64,000 nucleotides of DNA, taken from contig NC_135761.1 of NCBI RefSeq assembly GCF_052425735.1, positions 39,184,001 to 39,248,000 of the forward strand, read 5' to 3'. Below the pieces are notes generated by a model. The model did no database searches. It was not told where the DNA came from and saw only the letters and a program-made list of their open reading frames with translations. This document shows, piece after piece, positions 39,170-52,094 of the stretch (positions are counted from its first letter, which is position 1; each line of letters opens with the position of its first letter). This DNA is from Oculina patagonica (lineage: Eukaryota). Position numbers and translations under genes: made by a program.

Positions 39170-40078
39170 GATGGCTTTTCAAGACCATTACAGGCGCCAT
39201 CAATTCCTCAAAGGCTTCCAGTTGCTTGCCCAATACACGCCTGCAAGACAAGTTGTTTTCTGCAATATATTGGAAGTGGCAGCATTTGTATCTAATTGAT
39301 GCGGTGTGACCCCTCCTTCCTCGGAACTGTGAGTCGATAAGTGGTCATTTCCTTGGCCTCCATTCATGAGAAATAGCTATGGGAGGGAACTGACAGAGCT
39401 GGCTAGCTGGAAATTTTGCATGTAAGCCCCGGGCAAAGTATCCAGCACAGCCAGCTCATGTGCAAAGTTTGACAAATAGCACTTACACTCTCCAAGCAAT
39501 AAATAACCAAACTTTCTAAACCAATGAAGCACATGGTGTTCCAATGTGCACATGGTGTTGCAACCAATGGAGAGAAAGTCTACTTCACAGACCGACAAGC
39601 ACAGAAATTTGTATGATAATAAAAGACAAGGTGTCAGTCATTGCTGGCTTTGGCCAAGAGTGGGAAGTGCAGATGGGTCATCCAGAAATGCTACATTTTC
39701 GCAACCAACAGGAATCTGTATTGAGCTTTCTGTAACTGATTCAGCGGTAGGGAGTGTGAGATTGTTTACACAAACTTTCGCAATGTGCAAATTCCCTTGA
39801 AAGGCTCTCCCACCAATATCATTCTGTGGACGATGTTATGCAATAGTCTTAGGCATCGCCCAGTTTTGCACCAGTTGGCTGGCAGACGTTCAGTGCTACA
39901 CTGAGAAGAGAGGAGTGGTATAAGGACCAGAGGGTATAATTTCTTCTAAGACTATTGCGAGTATAAAGATGTTACAGTGAAATTCGTAGAGCATGTCGAA
40001 CTCGATGCTTACCTTAGTTATTGAACATCTATTCAGGACAATGTGAGCCAGAAACTATACGCCAACAGTGTTGGAATG
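39170..40078 (+). pseudogene. NHL-repeat protein with P-like transposase C-terminal motif, degraded
   Basis: AHGVAT..KVYFTD, VSVIAG.G..GSADG....TFSQPTGICIE..VTD, then GPEG.ISSKT and TLVIEHLF..M*....PTVLE. Confidence 0.55.
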
Positions 40079-40260
40079 TAAATGAAGGGAAGATCCATGC
40101 AGTAATGAACACAACTTAAGCAGTTGCAAAAAGAAAGCCTGAAATGGCAAGCTCGATTCTTTCAGGCTTTCTTTTCGCAACTGCTTAAGTTGTGTTCATT
40201 ACTGCGAGGATCTTCTTTTCATTTATTCTTCATCCGCAGTTCAAATATATGATCTCGTAT
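40079..40260. repeat. Foldback interspersed repeat
   Basis: Arms of about 65 bp: GCAGTAATGAACACAACTTAAGCAGTTGC..AAGAAAGCCTGAAA and its reverse complement at 40160-40225. Confidence 0.85.
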
Positions 40261-42179
40261 ATTCATAATTTCATTGTTAGAATATGCATACCTTTTTGGT
40301 CCCAACATCAAGGTAGTGCTTAAGGAGTTAACTGATTTTTGTTACCATTCAGTAAATCACACTCTTAGAGTAATAAAGTCTGTCTCTCCGTCGGACTGCC
40401 TGTCTGTGGGTACATATCTGGAAAGTATGGTTAGACATTGAATGTGCTAAACATAGCAACAAGCCTGAATGTGCTAAATTGTTGTGGCATTCTGTAAATG
40501 ATTGTAAACTCCCTAAGACATGGCTACGCAAAATAAAAATAAAAACCCATTCGGTTTCCAAGCATTTATACCTTTGCCGGAACATTTTTTTAGATTAATT
40601 TTTTTAAAGCGATGTGTGGTAGGAAGTGTATCTGAAATCTGGATCCGTACGAGATTCTGTTCTATGTCAAAAGGCAAAGCCAAAATGGAAAGCTCCTGTT
40701 GACTGCACAATCGCAAATAAAACAGCATCAGGGAGAATAGTCATAGATAAAGATGTTATGTCTAATTGTAATAAAAGTTTACTTCAGGAACTATTTTTTT
40801 CTGAATTTACTGTACTTGTTGGTTATATTTACCACAAGGCCAGTTATTTAGGGGTTGGTGTGCATGTAAAGCCTTTAGGTGACAATAAGATGAACAGAAT
40901 TTCTAAAGCATAGGCACCCTAATAGCTAAAGCATTTGAAAATAGTCATTTTGCTATTACAGATCAAGAGATAAACGATAGTAACGCAAATAATGTTGAAG
41001 ATAGACTTTGCAATGAGGACATCAGAAAAGGGGATTTATTCTTTAATGAAAAAGATTTTCGCACGGATTGAATCCCTTTTCACATTGCAAACAGATTAAA
41101 TCTGTGCAAAAAATCTTTGTGTAGCCACCTCTGCTATATTAATGTATGACTCTTTGAACTTGCATTTAATAAGTTCTCATTTGAACCCTTGATAATTGCA
41201 TCATGAAGTTGCCAAACGTCGGGAGGTTATATTGCTTGTTTTACCTGTCAGTGGACCTTTTAAGAGGACACAATATTTTACAGGGTATATATAAAAGTGT
41301 CACTAACAATATATCCATTCATATTTTGTGGCTGCTCCAATAGCAATAGGCTCACCTAGATCGGGCAAGTCAACAACCATTGCCATCGTCTCTAAGATTC
41401 GTCTCTTGATTCCAAGGTGGAAACTCAAGAAGCAGCAGTTAAATAGGGAGAGGTCGACTTCCTTATCAATAAAGTTTGCAATCAATTAAACCAATGTGTA
41501 GACGTGTCTTAATACACCTCGTGTTCGTCTTTCTGGATCTAGTTCTGTTCTTAACTTTAGGCAGGGAAGAACAACGTAGTGATGAACTGACAACAATCAT
41601 CAAGGTTTGCCTCACTAAGAATCAATCAAAATCAATAGAATGCAGGCTTTAGAACTTATTGAACCCACTGCCTGACGCAATGCAGGTAGGTTATGCATTA
41701 TCTATATTTCCCCAGTCATTCACTTCAGCCTATAACACCAGCTTTATAACTTTCTTACAGGAAAATGATTTACATGTTTCAATCATTTCCTCCGAGTCTG
41801 ATTTTCCAGATACGTTTGATCCATACGGTGATGAGAACTGCCCTTCACCTTGAGAAGGGAATCTATACCACTGTAGCCTTTGCCCCAAGAAGGAAATAAA
41901 ACCGATGCCAAAGGAATGCAAACTTAAAGGGCATTTGTTTACGAGAGACATTCCTCGGTTTTCCAGGCCAAAGGAAGGCAAACTCTTCCCAACTTCACAA
42001 GCCAATATTGATGCCATGAAGAAGGGACGTTTGCTTTGCCATTTACCTTGGGTTCAAGGTGAGACTGTTCCAGAGCACTTCAGTTTTTATTCTGTTGTAG
42101 ATGAAGACAAAGTTCATCCAGTCACTGGGGTGTCTTATCGCTAGTCTCTATGCGATGGTTTCAAAGTGGTAGCCAGTCC

Positions 42180-42600
42180 AGAGGGAAGGGCATTGCAAGT
42201 GGCATGCAACAAATTGATCCAACTCCTGCTGTTTTAATTCATACATTTGAAAAGGTGACTAAGAGGGGTGCGGAAGAGTTCAAGGGACTTTGCGATAGAT
42301 TGTTGAAAAGCTCAACCTTAGAAGGTTACAAAAAAACAGCAAAGAGACGCATGGACGAATTCATTCCTGTAATAAAAGACAGGGCTTTTTTGGAAGATTG
42401 GGTTTCTTGGTGGCACAACAGACCATTTTTCACCCATTTGCTGTACAGGACGCACCGCAGATGAATCAAGCAGAGGTGATACATGCTGGTTGGGTGCACA
42501 GAGACGGCCCCAACTTATCACTGCTAGAAGCATGCCAAGCCGACGCACAAGATTCTCTGTTGCTTGATGTCGAACTTAAAACTATCAGTCCAGTTCTGCC
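42180..42600 (+). mobile_element. MULE/MuDR-type transposase C-terminal fragment
   Basis: FLEDWVSWWHNR..IF.PF..QDAPQMNQAEVIHAGW....NLSLLEAC..D. Confidence 0.65.
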
Positions 42601-42604
42601 CCTG

Positions 42605-43913
42605 GTGGGTGTATTAATCACAGCACCAGGCAGGATCTCCCTTATTTTGGAAAGGAAGCATTGCTTATACTCTTCAGTGACACACCTTTGTGCCAGAGGT
42701 CTAGAATCAAAAGACCTCTTTGTGTTGTTGTTTATAGTAAACTTGTGATTAGCATTAGACGCATTTTCAACAGACTATATTGGCCAATATAAGGTTAGAA
42801 AGGCCATCTCATTTATCAAAAGTGGCTTTGTTCATAAGGTCCATGTGAAGACCATAAATGCTGAAGATGTCCTCTTAAAAGCAGCGGTGACTCCATCATA
42901 GAGAATCAGAGATGAGTCCCTTGGTTTTGATCAAATTGTCAGGAAAAGGGGTGTGTGGATATTGTACCTGTACAGCTGGCTACAGCAAGTGCTGCAATCA
43001 TGTGCACTTCACTACAAAATAGAATTTGCTGGAGAACATGAGTTCATAGACCCATCCTTTAGTGAAAGAGCATGTTCTTGGAATAACTCTAGTAATAAAG
43101 ACATACAGCCCAAGAGGGTACAAGATATGGTCATTGTAGAGCATGTAAGGTTGTTCTCTAAAATGTAGCTGAAAATCTGCCCAATATGAATTTTTGGCCA
43201 CTTAAACATGTTGTCTTCCCAGCCCTCCATCTCCAATGGATGTTCTGTCACACCACAAGACTTTAATATGTTACTATGTTCCCTTTGTAGAGTAAATAGA
43301 AGAATCTCAGCGGTTTCTTTTATGGGCAGGTTTCGCTCAAATGCTACCAACGCACGGGCGGCTAAATCAGCATGATTACCCTGGCATGTTGACACTCTCT
43401 GTTGCAGATAAAACCGTAGTTCTCCGGTAGAAAGATCAAGGAAATCCTCCAATTCACTTGCACAAGTTCGCCACAAACAACATCTGCAATACCTACATAA
43501 GAGCAAATGCAAAAACTGAACCAATTTTAACTCTGATGAAGGTATTAAACAGGGAGTTACCGAAAATTCAGTTTTATACGTTTTTACCAACTTTTTTAAG
43601 ATCAGATACAAACCAAATTTTTATTATGTCAAACACTGATCGCCCTAATAACATCAATCCTCCAAGTGTTGTGCCATAAATGTAGCGTTCCCCTCGGGCG
43701 TTCAACGTTGTCCCTTTAAAAACCTCTTTTCTGTACTTGTTAACTATCAGAAAAATCACCGAATGTTCTCAATTTTTTTAAGTCAGTTTTCCTGTTTATG
43801 AACGAAAAGCCGCAAACAATTGGAAAACAATTGAGTACGGTCAACGTGCGGCCGCCATCTTGTTTTTGTTTGCCCTGATTACCCATGATCCCTCAACAAG
43901 TGCAAAGTCTTCT
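42605..43913 (-). mobile_element. ISL2EU-type element 5' end with SAP/SWIM-finger (YqaJ-associated) gene; internal segment 42760-43150 inverted
   Basis: Minus strand: DFLDL..ELRFYL..G..ADLAARA..WPKIHIGQIFSYIL. Plus strand: YKVRKA..FIKSGFV..CTCTAG.SKCCNHV. Minus strand again: FDSRP..FL..I...LPGAVI. Putative terminus near 43913. Confidence 0.8.
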
Positions 43914-44199
43914 ATTCCACCAAGTGTTTACTTGAAACAAAACAAACCAGGGAGACCTCAAGGTCACCTTGACCGTCAAAGATGTTGCCGAAGTGTTCAA
44001 GAAACAAACAGGAAACGAACAGATTCTTAAGATCAAAGCTCATAATTAGATGACTTCAAAAAATAACAATCTAACAACTAGTTCACAAAGTTGGAAGAAG
44101 TCTCCCTTAAAAAAGAAAACCAAATTCTCTTCTGTCAACATTGAAAAACAATCTAACACACCTAAATCTTGAATTGCCCTTGGGAATAGCTGCTGAGGT

Positions 44200-44790
44200 A
44201 GGACGAAGTAGGTAAAAGAACTTTGTTTTATCTGAAAGAAGTGCTTTACAAATACGGCAATTGGTGAAGAAAATGGAGGTAACAGAGGGGAGGGAGGTGA
44301 AGAATGGAAATTTGATGAGAAATTTCCAGTTGTTGGTTCTATTGGTGGCTGTGCCACCACCCAATACAGGACATCTACCATGGACTCGATTACAAGAATT
44401 TCGTACATCCTGGAGGTTTCCTCTCTCAACTTTACAACATCTCTTTTACTTTTAACACTGGTGGGGTCAACAAATATTCGTCGTCAACGGCTGGACATCT
44501 TTGGCCCGTCTATTTGATGATCAATGAGCTTCCAAAGGAACACAGAAATTTAAAAATTTAAAAAGAAATTTATCATTCCCGCATATATCTATTGTGACAA
44601 ACATGATCCAAATAGGCTTACATTTCTAAACCCACTGGTTGAAAAGCTTAACACTTTCTATGATTCGGGAATTCAAGTACCAGGCAGCCCTGCAAACGAT
44701 AACATAACAGTTTGATGCATGCTATTCGTGGCCACAGCAGAATGCATGCCCAGCAAATGTGCCTGCCACCCGTGCAAGTTCAGAGGGAAC
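44200..44790 (+). mobile_element. Second EnSpm/CACTA (Tnp2/Transposase_21) fragment
   Basis: DIYHG.DYK, FNTGGVNKYSSS..HLWPVYLMINELPKEHR, FLNPLVEKL....GI, LFVATA. Confidence 0.8.
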
Positions 44791-44869
44791 TGCTTTTGGA
44801 CAGCATAATCTTCACAGATGCTGGCTTTTTGAGAAAAATCCCTAGAAAAGAACACAGTATGATCAAATA

Positions 44870-46045
44870 CGCGAAAACCCAGAATTGCACAACTCAAAGA
44901 AGAAAGTTAAACAGACACGCTTTTCCAGTGATTATGGGACCTCGTTTCAATCGGCATCAGAGAAAGGGTGACATCCATGAAACGTTTCTAGAGAACATTT
45001 CCTTTGAAAACGGCTGATATTGCCTGAAACCTTCCTTGAAGCAAAACCGAGACCTGCTGCCTGATAGCTACAATTGTAATGGACTTAATTAACTACCGTG
45101 GCGAAAAATTCCACGCCACGCCTAGGCAATAAAGAAGGATGGCTATTCCCATACCTCTATTCATTTCCTAAGCGATCAGTGAGCGAACAGCATTATTAGT
45201 GTATAAGCGCATTAATTTTTTTACAATGGCGAGCTTTGACTTCAAACAATGGTACAAAAATTCTGGTCTGAAGGAGGGCACAATCGAACAGTTAGAGAAA
45301 AGCGACCTTGATAGCCAAGAGGCTTTAAAGTTAGTCAATAAGGACGATGTTGTGATGCTGGATTTAACCCGCGGGCAGAGGAAAATCCTGTTGCAAGCCG
45401 TGGCACTACTGAATAGCAAAGGGACAAGCGACGAGTCCAAGAGATCAAATCGAGCGAGACCATCCCCGTGACTACCAAGTCATTGGCCAACGACGCAGGT
45501 GTGGAGGAATTGCTAAAAAAGATTGGCATCATCTTACTAGATGACTTGGTAGTTACTCTTGGAGCCACGGAGCAACCATTCTCTGAGCCACTTGGAAAGA
45601 GTGGACAACAATCCCCAAGTGTTCCTTTCAACCCAGCAATCAGCGCAAGGCAAGAAAGGAAGTGAGACAAAACCTGTTTTGATTCCCGATTTTGTAAGCA
45701 CTGGAACTTACGATGGCTCCATTGAGGACGAGCAAGAAATTGGTGGGTCCACTGATGCTTGCACCGTACTACGTGCTCCCAGAAGCAAACCAAAATTAGA
45801 AAACATTTCATTGTCAATGTGGGTTGCCGCAAACGCGAGAATTATGCACCAGTTAACAAACACCGGAAAGCTTTCAGGCACATAGCAAATTGCAGATTAC
45901 CTTTCATATACACTCAAAGTAGCAGAACTGCTAGAGTCCCACACCCTTGCCTCTGTTGTCATCTACGACAACAAATATCGCAAACTTCAGCACCAGTAAG
46001 GTTTTCGCTGGGACAGCGATTTGCATCATCTCCCTACGTGCTTTC
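44870..46045 (+). mobile_element. DIRS/Ngaro retrotransposon 5' region and gag-like ORF1, degraded
   Basis: MASFDFKQW..GL..TIEQL..DL..GQRK, KPKLENIS.SMWVAANARIM, DYLSYT.KVAEL, VVIYDNKYRKLQ..GFRW.SD.HHL. Confidence 0.7.
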
Positions 46046-46089
46046 TTATTAAACATGGTGCAGTGAATCAGCTACAATTTAAGACTTGC

Positions 46090-46560
46090 AAGGTTACTCT
46101 GTGGTGCGACATCTAAGAAAAGAACCATCTATCGTGAAATATGACCAGACCTTCCAAGATCAACTACACCGTGGAATCATTGAACGTGTGGAAGAAACTG
46201 AAGAACAGTTGCTAGGTCAGACTCACTATTTGCCCCATCAAGCCATCATCAGAAGCGATGCCTTAACGACTAAATTAAGAGTTGTGTTTGATGCAAGTCC
46301 AAAGTGAAACCAGACTGCCCTTCCCTAAATGGCTGTACTTTTACGGGTCTGTGGCTGACTCTGAGTATTGTAGACTTCATATTGTTATGAAGCTGAATAA
46401 GATCGTCAAATTTGCCAAGAACCTGGAACCTACAAAGCGAAACGTTCTTTGAATTGCAGCTTAATTATTTGATACCCTTGGACTGATCTCACCAGTGATG
46501 GTGGTGCTTAGGATGCTATTGCAAGAACTTTGCTTAACCTGGAAGGAATGGTCTACACAA
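46090..46560 (+). mobile_element. BEL/Pao RT fragment
   Basis: YDQTFQDQL.RGIIERV, HYLPHQAIIR.DALTTKLRVVFDAS, PSLN.C, PTKRNVL, FD.LGLISP. Confidence 0.9.
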
Positions 46561-47335
46561 GTGGCTGGCCAACCTGGAAACGGTTAGTCGATCAAAAGAG
46601 TGTGAACTGTTAATAACAAATAAATAAAGACACTGTTAAGGTATTAGATCTGCTGAAAACCCTTCCATTTGAAAAAATTGTTGCTCAAAAAGTAAAAAAA
46701 AATGCAAAACAAAAACTACACAGGTCTAACAATTGAGAACTGAGCTTTCAGAAAATTGACATCTGAGGTGTCAATTTTCACACCTAAGGTGTGATTTTCG
46801 ATTTATATCGCAGGCTCAAAAATTCAATAATTCCATATTTCTGGCTTTACCTTGATAGCTAGGAATAAAAAAATAATTGGAACTGTCTCATACTTAGATT
46901 GTTCATTTACCTTTAAATTCCCGGAAGTTCCCTGAAAATTTTACCTGAGATATGGAGCTGGATTTTTTTTGTAATGCCCTGCAACTTCACGTCGCCGCCA
47001 ACAATTCCAACATGTGTCCTTTTTTCCGGGAATTTAATGCATTTTCCCTTAACATCATGTGAAGAAACCTAGTAATTTTCAGCGCGGTATTTTAAATCCT
47101 CATCTTCTGGCATCGAATTTTTTTCAGTGCAGCCTAAGACAGCCGTGAAATTGACCTTGATTCTCGTTTCACTACGTTTTTTCTTCGTCGCCATCTTGAA
47201 TTCTTGCTAATAAACCGCTGTCCTACATGTCTGTTGTTATTTAGACCCGATTATGATACGAATGGCAACGATTGTAGGCGGTAATCTTCATTTAAACTCG
47301 GATCACATCGTATTTTCAAAATGGCGGTGTAAACA

Positions 47336-50300
47336 ATGATGCAAGGCATAGCAACCATGCCTGAAGCCGCCTGCTCCAACCAAACTATTAGTCAACTGCC
47401 TGTGGCTCCTTCATCTGAGTCAGAAAGTGACTCCGACTTCCATCCATCTGATTTAACAAGTGACGATGCCTTAAGTTCTCCAGAAAAGCGAGTAGCTATT
47501 TCATACAACATGCAAAAGAGGTGAGAGAATCGATCGGTCTTATACTGTTTATATCATTGGTAAGCTGATGTGTACAGTGTATTGTGCTTCCACTTCATTC
47601 ACAGAGTAAAGCAGCTAAAGAATGGTCTCAGGATGATTTAATTTGATATCGTCAAATTGAAAATTGTGTGGATAAAATATGACCATAGCTATCTGTTTAT
47701 TGCAATTCTAGGATGAAGATTGATGGAGATGCAAATCCCACAGTCAGACCTATAGAGCTTCCCTTGAAATATCACATAGCTATGACATCCCAACTCGAAG
47801 ATTTTATTGACCGTATCAATCAAACTCGCCAATGCAAGGAGGAAGGATGTTCTGTTAGTTTTTGTTTTTATTTATTTATTTATTTTTTCATTTGCCTAAA
47901 GGGTTTATAATATTTGTGTGCTGCTTAATATAGCTAGTATTTATTATCAATAGTGTTGCACCCATTGAAGAGAAGTTCTGTAGGATCTTAACTACCCCAC
48001 GAATTAGGCAAATATTGAAAGATTTTGGTCACACGTTATGAACCATGTATCTCTGGTGGCTGTTTTTTAGTTTTTGTTTGCCACTGACCAGTAACAAAGT
48101 TTGGACACTTTAGTAGAAAAAAAGGTTTTGTTGAGGAGGCAAAAATTTGTGTTGATGATTTTTTTCTTAGTTTTATATTTTAGGTACATCAGTGAAAAAT
48201 GTTATTATTGGTCTGCAGGAAAGCGTACCAGTAAAACACAAGACAAGGGGCTCGGCGGAGCAGCGAAAGTATGGTTTGTGTGTGATGGTGGATGCCAGTC
48301 ACAAGTGCATCACTCAAGCAGTCAATTGGCCTTGTTACGTAGGAGGTATTGTTCTTTGCAACAGCTTGTGTTTTTGTTTATGGTCAGGGTTACCAGCATA
48401 TAAAGGTTTAGATTGTTTGTATGAATTTCAAGAGACGAATTGAAAGCTCACAATATAAAACTCCGAAGAAGGAAGAGAATGTGAAGAGGAAAGACCCCAC
48501 TTTTGGAAGCTGGAACCGAGCAGTTACCACCTCAGATGGTTTTTTGATTCAGGTAAGCCAGTTTTGTAATTCTTTGTCGTGTAAAATTGACTCAGATTTG
48601 TGGGAGGGACCTAAGTCGCAGAGGGTCACCTGCTCATTTTTAAAAAGGAAAGGAAGAGGGGATGGTTTGCGCGTTGAATTGGCAGGATCAGGACTGAAGC
48701 AAAGTGGGAAATCTCCTTCAGAGTATGCACGAAGGATGCGTATCCTAGGAAAAGTACCATAGTCGGGACATCCATCAGTGGACATCCGAAGATGGTGAAC
48801 AGGAAGAGTGTGGGTTTCATCCACTGTTGGTGTGTTCTGTGGCAAGTGTGGAGGGAAAAGTTCCTCAGAAACAGCAGCCGAAACAGAGGAGGTTGCTGAT
48901 GCAAGCGATGACAGTGAGGATGGTGATGAAGAAAGTGATGGAATGGAAACTGTGTCAGAAACTGAGACTGAAGAAACCAAAGAGAGCAGTGAAGATAGTG
49001 ATGATGAAAGTGAAGACAGCTCTGAAGAGGAGGAAGATGAGATCACTTGCCCAGGAAAAACATACTGCACCAGACAACCTCTGACATGCAAACTTCATGC
49101 TCTCCTGTATGATATTGAGTGTGATAAGGTGGCAGGTAAAGAGAAGATGTAATTGACGTGGAAATGGGCATTCTAATCTGCCAGAGAGCAAGTTTGGGGT
49201 TCTCGTAAGATTCCGCTCCAAGAATGTTAACTTGCACCAGGTACACTATGAATCAATAAACTGTGACTTTCAAGCAATATGACATTTATGTATCAGGAAG
49301 AGGGTGCTGGGTATCACTGGATGAGAGAGTTTTGAGCCTGATGAGTCTTCCAATTCCTGATGGTGTAGATGAAATTTGGAGGAGGGAAAATGAACAAAGG
49401 ATGAAGGTGTTGACGAAACAGCAGAGTGCCGCTGTAAAGACAGGACGAGCGAAAATGAAGCAAAAGCGGTCCCACGAAAGGAAAAAGAGGTTTGTTATTT
49501 CATTTTCCATTTTTCGGTTTTGGGTACTCCGGATTTCAAGTCACAAGGATGACAGGGCTTGAGACTAATTTTTTTGCTAACTAGCCAAGTGGCTAGTGAC
49601 AGCTTGATTCCACTAAACAAAACTGATTTTCTACTAGCCAGAATTTTCAAGCTACTGGTATTTTCATTTTTTTTTTCTTTTATCATGGAGGGGGGGGGGG
49701 TAGAAAAAAAATGGCAGTATTTTTTTTTTAATTTATTCAAAACAATCTGAATATTCATGGTAGTCACGTGTATCACTTCATTCTGGGAATAAAGTTCAAC
49801 CAAACTTCTTTGCTTTCTGAAAACTTTCAAGGCTCTGAAATTTGGCATGGGGTTTTTGGGGGGTTAATTTTTGGTCCAGGGATTTTTTGAGTTTTGATTT
49901 TTGGTACCACTGGATCATTGCTGTAACTTGAAATCCGGAGTACCTCCCCCTGGGGTTCTTACTTTGATTGGTTAGTAGAACACTCTTATTCTTTGGTCAA
50001 TAATTATTCAAATAGTTGCTGCTGTGTACTTCTTGTTGAGTGGCTTAGTAAATAATCAACTCGTACCTGACCAATAATACTCACAGTGAAATGTTCCTGT
50101 CCATGATTTTAGTAAACATACCTACGCCCAGTCTTTTTATAGTGTTACGTATTTTTGTGTAATTACTTCCTTGGATTTATCTTTTGAAACTTCTTATTTT
50201 TTCCATCACATGAAACCATACCCTGAACAAAGGTAAATAACATTGAAGGACCAGATTCTTTATTACATGTAGTCTATGCATGTATATCCCCGTTTTTTCC

Positions 50301-50560
50301 TATGAAACCCCTAGTCATTCAATAAATATTGAGGTTTTGACACATAATTTATAGAGTGATAGGGTAGTTTGTGTAGTTCACATTTTACTCCAGTACAATA
50401 TTTTGGGAGAAGTAAAGGCTAACACAAAACTTTGAGGAAAACTTATGGCGTGTCTATTGTTTATTTATTCCTTAGACAGCAGTTTGTGAAACGACAGAAG
50501 ATAGTGCATAGTTATGGCAGGGAGGAAGAAGACTGGGTTGATGAGAATGAGGCCCTGGCC
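47336..50560 (+). pseudogene. Kolobok DDE transposase, multi-exon, disrupted
   Basis: GLGGA, GSWNRAVTTSDG, WQDQD, acidic tract, LTCKLHALLY.IEC, GHSNLPESKF..L.RFRSK. Frameshifts and deletions are present. Confidence 0.75.
49750..49955. mobile_element. Partial MITE of the 63529-63975 family, nested in Kolobok
   Basis: TTTTGGTCCAGGGATTTTTT...TTGAAATCCGGAGTACCTCCCCCTGGG end. Confidence 0.7.
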
Positions 50561-51599
50561 GAAGTGCAGAAAAGGTTGAGAGCAAGTTCAAGCAGGGTGG
50601 ATGGTCTTAGAGAAGTTGCCCCTCCAGAAGGTGCCATTGTAAATACTGGAGAAAGAGGAGAAGCGCCTGTCTCTATCCAAAAGAAGTCAAATTGGAAGCA
50701 TTTCTCAGAAAAGAACATCGCACAAGGATTGTCCTCTGAGAAAGAAAAAGTGATTTTTGTAAAATTCATCATGCTAGATTACACAGTCTTCTCGAGTGAC
50801 ATTTTTTTATTCAAATGATAAGCTTTTTTGTGATTTTTGTCTTTAGCAATGTCCTCAGATAGTTTTTAGATGAAGTCTGCCATTCAAAACACTTTTTTGA
50901 AATTTGAGAATCCCCAGAGTGGGAATGGAAAATTTTATATTTGTGCACAGTTATCATTGTTGCAAGGATGTTTTTTTACAACTAATGCCAGATCTTGAAC
51001 CATAAATACGAGAACAATATAAAGATATATTATTTTTTTGGAAATATTTAAAACCAAACAGTCAGGAATCTTTGATGACTATAGTTTTAAATGAATGCTT
51101 TGTGAACAAGCCATACTAAAATGGCCTCCAGGTTGAGAAAATAAATAATTTGAGTTGCAAAGTATCAGGCGCCTCTGTTCTTTTCCCACTCTATGAGCAG
51201 AATTGCCGCAGATCTATTTGGAGAAAGAAACCTTACAAAGGAAAATGTTTTTCTAGTGATCCAATTTGGAATGTCTCTTTTTGTAGCTGATGAAAAATGT
51301 GATCAAAGGCCTGCAACTCTGCTTACAGAGTCTTTTAATTACCCTGTTGATATAAGCAGGATTAGATAAAAATGTGAAACAGACTTTATTCATAAAGAAA
51401 GCATTTTCACTACAACTGCAACTAAATATTGAAATATGTAATTATATTGGTGTTTTGAGGAGTACCCTGCTTGCCTCTTATTTTGAAATGAATCAAACAA
51501 AATTTAATTCCTTATTCATTAATAATCACAGACAAAAAGAACAGGTTATTTTCAAATTGTATTTTGTCACAAACGATTTTCCAAAACATTAAAATCAAT

Positions 51600-51851
51600 G
51601 GGCCATTCCATCTAATATCTGCACCCCCTATTGAGGGTTAAGGAAATCCTAGGGGGAGGGGGGTCTCCAGCAGTTATTTCCTAGGGGGTAGCCATGTCCG
51701 AGTCTTTGATCTTTTTACTTATTTCTGAAGGGGGGGAATCTGTTGGCACTTTGATTAAAAAAATCTGAAGGGGTCTCCAAATGTAATTTCCCTGGGGGGT
51801 TGAGACCAAAAACCATCAGTAAGGAGGTGCAGATATTGAATGGAATGGCCC
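51600..51851. mobile_element. PIF/Harbinger-like MITE nested in Kolobok
   Basis: TIR GGGCCATTCCAT..AATATCTGCACC; AAT 3-bp TSD. Confidence 0.85.
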
Positions 51852-51883
51852 AATACATCTATTCACTTGGAAATATTTTCAAT

Positions 51884-52094
51884 GTTTTAAAAAAAATTGA
51901 TACAAGAATAGTTGACAGAAAATATTTATTCTAATAAACAAAATATAATTTGATAAAAATAACATAATTAAATTTTCGAAGATTTGCTTGTTTTAAAAAA
52001 AATTGATACAAGAATAGTGGACAAAAAATATTTATTCTAATAAACAAAATATAATTTGATAAAAATAACAATTAAATTTTCGAAGATTTGCTTG
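51884..52094. repeat. Tandem duplication, about 105-bp unit x2, over the 3' end of the minus-strand gene
   Basis: TTTTAAAAAAAATTGATACAAGAATAG...AATTTTCGAAGATTTGCTTG occurs twice. Confidence 0.9.

Noticed and set aside
40330-42144. Degraded multi-exon coding-like region before the MULE fragment
   Set aside because: I could not assign a family or a reliable exon structure.
43012-43611. 199-aa minus-strand ORF as a complete gene
   Set aside because: Chimeric: its C-terminus reads into the inverted segment.
48549-49091. 180-aa Ser-rich minus-strand ORF
   Set aside because: Antisense shadow of the acidic tract in the Kolobok transposase.
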